Below, in pieces: positions 35,872 to 38,054 of a stretch of 38,054 nucleotides of DNA (position 1 is its first letter; each line of letters begins with the position of its first letter). This DNA is from Bacteroidales bacterium (GTDB lineage: Bacteria; Bacteroidota; Bacteroidia; Bacteroidales; VadinHA17). The notes under the pieces were generated by a model that saw only the letters and a list, made by a program, of their open reading frames with translations, did not search any database and was not told the origin of the DNA. Location of the stretch: assembly GCA_027451265.1 (NCBI GenBank), contig DAIDJT010000001.1, forward strand, positions 1 through 38,054, in the 5' to 3' direction. The translations under genes and the position numbers were made by a program.

Positions 35872-37710
35872 ATGTGTGGAATCGTAGGGTACATTGGATC
35901 CCGTCCTGCCCGTGATATAGTTATCAGCGGACTCAAGAGACTGGAATACAGGGGTTATGACTCAGCGGGCATTGCCATAAGCAACGGAGAGAGAACAGAG
36001 ATATTCAAGTGTGCGGGAAGGGTCCGGGAGCTTGAGGAGATGGTACGCAACAAGGATTTCGACGGTTCAATTGCCATGGGGCATACCCGGTGGGCCACAC
36101 ACGGTGAGCCCAATGAGATCAACGCTCATCCCCAGGTGTCATACAGGGGACATTTCATCGTGGTTCATAACGGAATTATTGAGAACTATGCCCGCATCAA
36201 GAAACATCTGGAGGGCCGTGATGTCAGATTTACAAGTCAGACTGACACCGAGGTGCTCGCCAACCTGATGGAGCATCTATACCTGGAGGGTGATCTCAAT
36301 GCCGAACAGGCAATAATCATGGCCCTCAATAAGGTGGAGGGAACATACGGCATTGCCGTTTACTGCCGTGATGAGCCAGGCAAACTCTTCGCCGCCAGGC
36401 TGGGCTCCCCACTGGTGATAGGCGTGGGTGACGGAGAGAATTTCATTGCCTCCGATGCCACGCCAATAGTTGAGCACACTCAGAGGGTAATCTACCTCAA
36501 TGATGATGACCTCGCGGTTATCAGGAAGGATGAAATGGTGCTCAAGGCCATCAGGAACAAAAGGGTTGAACCCGAGGTGAAAGAGGTTGACCTGAAACTG
36601 GGAGAAATTGACAAGGAAGGGTTTCCGCACTTCATGCTCAAGGAGATATTCGAGCAACCCAGGGCAATACATGATACATTCCGGGGCAGGATACTCCCCA
36701 ACCAGGCGGGTCTCATGCTTGGCGGCCTCCACAACGTCTTTGACACAATGGCAACGGCTGACAGGGTACTTATAGTTGCCTGCGGCACCTCATGGCATGC
36801 AGGCCTTGTGGGAGAATACATCATAGAGGAGTACTGCCGCATACCCGTAGAGGTTGAATATGCCTCAGAGTTCAGGTACCGTGACCCCGTCATCAAGAAA
36901 GGCGATATTGTACTGGCCATCAGCCAGAGCGGCGAGACTGCCGATACGCTGGCAGCCATCCGGCTTGCAAAGGAAAGGGGTGCGCTTGTCCTGGGAATAT
37001 GCAACGTTGTAGGGTCATCCATCTCACGTGAGACCAATGCCGGAGTCTTCACCCATGCCGGGCCTGAGATAGGCGTTGCCTCAACGAAAGCCTTTACCAC
37101 GCAGGTGGTTACACTGGCAATGATTGCCTTCGAGATCGGCTACCGCAAGGGACTGCTGGATGAGGTTCGCTACCGCGGGTTGATACAGGAGCTGACCTTG
37201 CTTCCCACCAAGGTGGAAAAGGCCCTGAAGATGAATGAGAAGGCACTTTCACTTGCTGAAATATACAAGGATACAACCAATGCCCTGTACCTGGGAAGGG
37301 GCCTGCTCTTCCCTGTTGCCATGGAGGGTGCACTCAAACTGAAGGAAATATCATACATTCATGCTGAGGGCTATCCCGCTGCCGAGATGAAGCACGGACC
37401 CATTGCCCTTATAGATGAACACATGCCCGTGGTGGTGGTGGCCACGAAGGAAAACTCCTATGACAAGATCGTAAGCAATATCCAGGAGGTCAAGGCTCGC
37501 AAGGGACAGATTATTGCCGTGGTCACCGAAGGCGACCAGGTGATAAGCCGAATGGCCGATCATGTCATGGAGGTGCCGGAGACAATCGCGGTGTTCGCAC
37601 CGGTGCTGGCTGTTGTGCCCCTTCAGCTGCTCTCTTACCATATTGCTGTCCTTCGCGGATGCGATGTTGATCAGCCGAGGAATCTTGCAAAATCAGTTAC
37701 TGTGGAATAA
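35872..37710 (+). CDS. glmS: Glutamine--fructose-6-phosphate aminotransferase (isomerizing)
   Basis: The Ntn-Cys start is MCGIVGYIG. Two SIS domains are present (ACGTSWHAG, SQSGETADT). The canonical C-terminus is NLAKSVTVE. Confidence 0.97.
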   Translation: MCGIVGYIGSRPARDIVISGLKRLEYRGYDSAGIAISNGERTEIFKCAGRVRELEEMVRNKDFDGSIAMGHTRWATHGEPNEINAHPQVSYRGHFIVVHNGIIENYARIKKHLEGRDVRFTSQTDTEVLANLMEHLYLEGDLNAEQAIIMALNKVEGTYGIAVYCRDEPGKLFAARLGSPLVIGVGDGENFIASDATPIVEHTQRVIYLNDDDLAVIRKDEMVLKAIRNKRVEPEVKEVDLKLGEIDKEGFPHFMLKEIFEQPRAIHDTFRGRILPNQAGLMLGGLHNVFDTMATADRVLIVACGTSWHAGLVGEYIIEEYCRIPVEVEYASEFRYRDPVIKKGDIVLAISQSGETADTLAAIRLAKERGALVLGICNVVGSSISRETNAGVFTHAGPEIGVASTKAFTTQVVTLAMIAFEIGYRKGLLDEVRYRGLIQELTLLPTKVEKALKMNEKALSLAEIYKDTTNALYLGRGLLFPVAMEGALKLKEISYIHAEGYPAAEMKHGPIALIDEHMPVVVVATKENSYDKIVSNIQEVKARKGQIIAVVTEGDQVISRMADHVMEVPETIAVFAPVLAVVPLQLLSYHIAVLRGCDVDQPRNLAKSVTVE

Positions 37711-37725
37711 TAAAAGCCTGGAATT

Positions 37726-38054
37726 ATGGGTGACAGTTACAGAAGTCTGAGCATAGGAGAGATTCGCGGTCTTGAGGCAGCGGGCTGCAGAAGCAACTCC
37801 TGGGAGAGCGTGTTCGTGAAAGATCCGTTCAATGCCGAGAGGATACAGAACGTAACCTTCTCGGGTGTTGTCAGGTTGGGTCTCTTCAACGGCGTGGCCC
37901 GCGAAAGGTGCGGCCTGCCCCTGATGCACGGCATCAGGAATGCACACATACACAATTGCACAATAGCTGACAATGTAACAATTGCCGACATTACCGGCTT
38001 CATTGCCAACTATGACATCGGTGAGGGGGTGGTAATAAGGAACTGCGGCCACAT
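37726..38054 (+). CDS. DUF4954-like (left-handed beta-helix) protein, N-terminal part. It is partial and continues beyond the right edge.
   Basis: This ORF is not in the ORF track. Hand translation from the ATG at 37726 stays open to the window end: MGDSYRSLSIGEIRGLEAAGCRSNSWESVFVKDPFNAERIQNVTFSGVVRLGLFNG...IHNCTIADNVTIADITGFIANYDIGEGVVIRNCGH. The N-terminal YRxLxxxEIxxLxxxGC pattern and the hexapeptide-like repeats match my recollection of DUF4954, which follows glmS in Bacteroidales. Confidence 0.7.
   Translation, partial: MGDSYRSLSIGEIRGLEAAGCRSNSWESVFVKDPFNAERIQNVTFSGVVRLGLFNGVARERCGLPLMHGIRNAHIHNCTIADNVTIADITGFIANYDIGEGVVIRNCGH

Noticed and set aside
37693-38052. A 119-aa minus-strand ORF at the right edge, together with the 37737..38009 ORF.
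   Set aside because: It is antisense to an open plus-strand frame that starts at the ATG at 37726 and has a DUF4954-like N-terminus and hexapeptide-repeat character. It also overlaps the glmS 3' end.

Overview
This is a dense Bacteroidota-type chromosomal window with about 34 protein-coding genes. By eye I found no rRNA, tRNA, CRISPR array or mobile element. The lineage call rests on gld/por type IX secretion genes, Bacteroidota-specific DUF-type proteins, and repeated TAnnTTTG promoter boxes 19-39 nt upstream of operon-leading start codons.

Gene content, left to right:
- A radical-SAM gene followed by an MJ1255-like glycosyltransferase (partial, runs off the left edge).
- An overlapping minus-strand operon: rbfA, SAM methyltransferase, LolC/E-type permease, DUF4296-like lipoprotein, ATZ/TRZ amidohydrolase.
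- trpS, a GNAT-type protein, and a TonB-dependent receptor.
- An uncharacterised pair: a 914-aa membrane-anchored beta-propeller protein and a 486-aa putative outer-membrane barrel.
- MlaF/MlaE-like ABC genes and a mannose-1-phosphate guanylyltransferase.
- The one recognisable multi-gene machine: a co-directional minus-strand array of topA, an arginase-fold protein, porP/sprF, gldK, gldL, gldM and gldN (the T9SS/gliding core).
- PBP1a, radA, a UPF0104/LPG-synthase-TM-like membrane protein, panD and panC.
- A short GlgA-N-domain-like protein, a DUF4270-like lipoprotein, glmS, and the start of a DUF4954-like protein (partial, right edge).

Two edge-truncated CDSs are missing from the ORF track: 1..670 (-) and 37726..38054 (+). 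Many track ORFs are over-extended at the N-terminus. I corrected their starts using ATGA overlaps, signal peptides and promoter-box positions.

I found no convincing evidence of a new defence or mobile system, and most of the window is ordinary housekeeping. The best candidates for undescribed biology are:
1. An arginase-fold protein with degenerate metal ligands wedged between topA and the T9SS core operon.
2. The tightly coupled beta-propeller / PorP-like-barrel pair.
3. A related family of heptanucleotide tandem repeats at two intergenic sites.
4. A 3 x 48-bp tandem repeat that reiterates a gene 3' end including its stop codon.
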